Source: Sphaerodactylus townsendi
Taxonomy: Eukaryota
Direction of reading: 5' to 3'
DNA: 64,000 bases
NCBI RefSeq assembly: GCF_021028975.2
Contig: NC_059439.1
Coordinates: 23,746,001-23,810,000, forward strand
Shown: in pieces, positions 62,250 to 64,000 of the stretch
Position numbering within the stretch: position 1 is the first letter of the stretch
How the letters are laid out: the number at the start of each line of letters is the position of its first letter
Translations under genes and position numbers: made by a program
The notes under the pieces: model-generated
The model's database searches: none
What the model was told of the DNA's origin: nothing
The model's input: only the letters and a program-made list of their open reading frames with translations

Positions 62250-64000
62250 TTTTGATCTTTTGGTTCTGTCTTGGAATATCTCGGGGTGGGAGGAATAAAT
62301 GCGGGAACCCAAACTTTCTCAAATATCTGAGAAAAACAGATCTAATTCTCTTACAGGGAAACTTGGCTATATCATCCCATAGATTTTGAGGGCTACAGGG
62401 CCTTCTGCTCCCTAGCAATTAAATGCAATGGGCCCGACCCGTCCTTCTGAGTGAGGTCCTCTGCATTTTAATTTCTGTCTCTCTGCCAGCAAAAATTCTA
62501 TCAACCCCCTCCCACTTAATTCAAGCATTGCTGATTAATTGGGGCAAATCATCACTGATATTCATTAATCATTATATATCCATACAAGTGCGAATAATAA
62601 CGTTAAGTGATGACCACGTGGCAAGAATTATCCTCGTTTGTTGAGAATCTAGAACTAAAATATCCTTCAACTGAAATTACTATGTTAGGATTTCAATCCT
62701 GCGAGAGTGGGTAATAATCTAACCTCATATTTGGGCATTAGAAGGTTATGATGATAGCGATTATGTCTATTCACTCTTACTTCCATCAGAGCATCATTCT
62801 GAGGATACCCAGACCAATTACACTGCTAGGAGTCTGATCAGATTCACTATCAAACATAACATGTTATGGCTCAAATGGTCACAAATGCTATATGACTGTT
62901 CTAATAATTTCACATTTGTTGAATGCAGCTGGGGAACAGTGTTATAGATTATTGTTTTATGTCACCAAACTTAAGAACTTCAGTCCAGTCTTTTAAGATA
63001 GGGAGACCTTCTACTAGGAGATCTGCCTCTCTCTTAACCTTGTTCTCCATCAGGAAGAGGGGATTTACGTTCCTATGGATACATCTAAAGAGTATTTACC
63101 TAAACTTTTCTGGACATCCCATTTGGCCCATACCGCCAATGAGCTAATTAATTCTCTCAGCATCTAGGTAATCTCTTAAGTGCTTTTTTTATAAGGCAGG
63201 TTAGCCTTGTGTGGCAATTGGCAATTTTGAAGCATTCATCAGAGTATATCACAGACTGTATCTTGTAAAGTCCGTTAAGCAGAAACCTCCATATATACAG
63301 CACTAGAGTTGCCCCCTGGTTTGACAAAGAGTGCCATGAATTAAACGACTAATTCGTGCATTACTCTTACCAGCAATTCAAGAGATTTAGAAATTTTAAT
63401 ATTAAACGTCTAGTTCAATATAAAACTACTCTTCATTCTTTACTGAAAGTGAAACAGGTTCAGTATGCGCTTAGAATCAGTGGGATAAACTATATCAAAA
63501 CACCATCTCCAATAGAGCTCAAGACGGATTTTTTTACTTGGGCCTTGACAAACAGACTTGACTCCAATAAAATGAGGGCGTTTTCTTCCCACATTCTCCC
63601 TGAGGTTTGGATAGATCATTTTGCTTGGCTGTTCCAAAAGGAAGAGACCAGTAGCATTTATGTCCATCACCATCATTAGATGATTCCAAATGGCCTCCTG
63701 TTTACAGCTCAGGAAATCATGGATCTAATAACTGGTGAAACCCCGTAAAGCCTCTGGCCCAGACATAATTTCCCCAGACAGACTGAAGTCGCATATGAAG
63801 TGGTGGGCACCTTTTTTGGCCCAATCTATTCACTTAAATCAATGACTCAGGCCTCCTTCCTAAATATGGCTATCTGCAGTCATTATTGCCTATTTATATA
63901 TAAGGTGACCCGCCGGATCCTGCCAACTTCCGCCCAATGACGAACGACATCAGTCATTACAGGGAAAATATATGCTAAGACACTTCTACCCAAACTACAG
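62250..64000 (+). mobile_element. Degraded or low-quality LINE ORF2 (APE endonuclease to start of RT)
   Basis: LVLSWNISGW...DLILLQ.TW, SVIDY, PWFDKEC, KASGPD, KGD...PANFRP motifs in order across frameshifts. Confidence 0.75.

Overview
Vertebrate genomic DNA, almost certainly a squamate reptile and probably a gecko (inferred from Squam3-like SINEs with (CTT)n tails, 5S/Sauria-type SINEs, and Penelope, CR1, L2, RTE-X-like and R4/Dong LINEs). The window is an olfactory receptor (OR) gene cluster of class II, family-10-like genes. The first ~31 kb is a tandem array of five near-identical OR units on the + strand. Three are intact (1202, 6885, 29128) and two are frameshifted (14297, 21981), and there is a sixth 3'-only fragment at 24259. 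Each of the five units carries the same antisense solo LTR and the same unidentified ~1.7 kb sequence upstream of the coding exon. Three more divergent ORs follow: 41788 (+), an ORF that stays open but has lost its DRY motif through two compensating indels, and two intact genes at 48307 (-) and 55956 (-). The remainder is TE-rich spacer with two assembly gaps. The most notable details are hammerhead-ribozyme cores in two Penelope inverted-repeat insertions (one with a spacer copied from nearby DNA), mosaic ancestry of the OR units, and internal LINE fragments flanked by long direct repeats. I found no prokaryotic features and cannot support a wholly new biological system from the sequence alone. 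TE family names come from motif recognition, not database searches.
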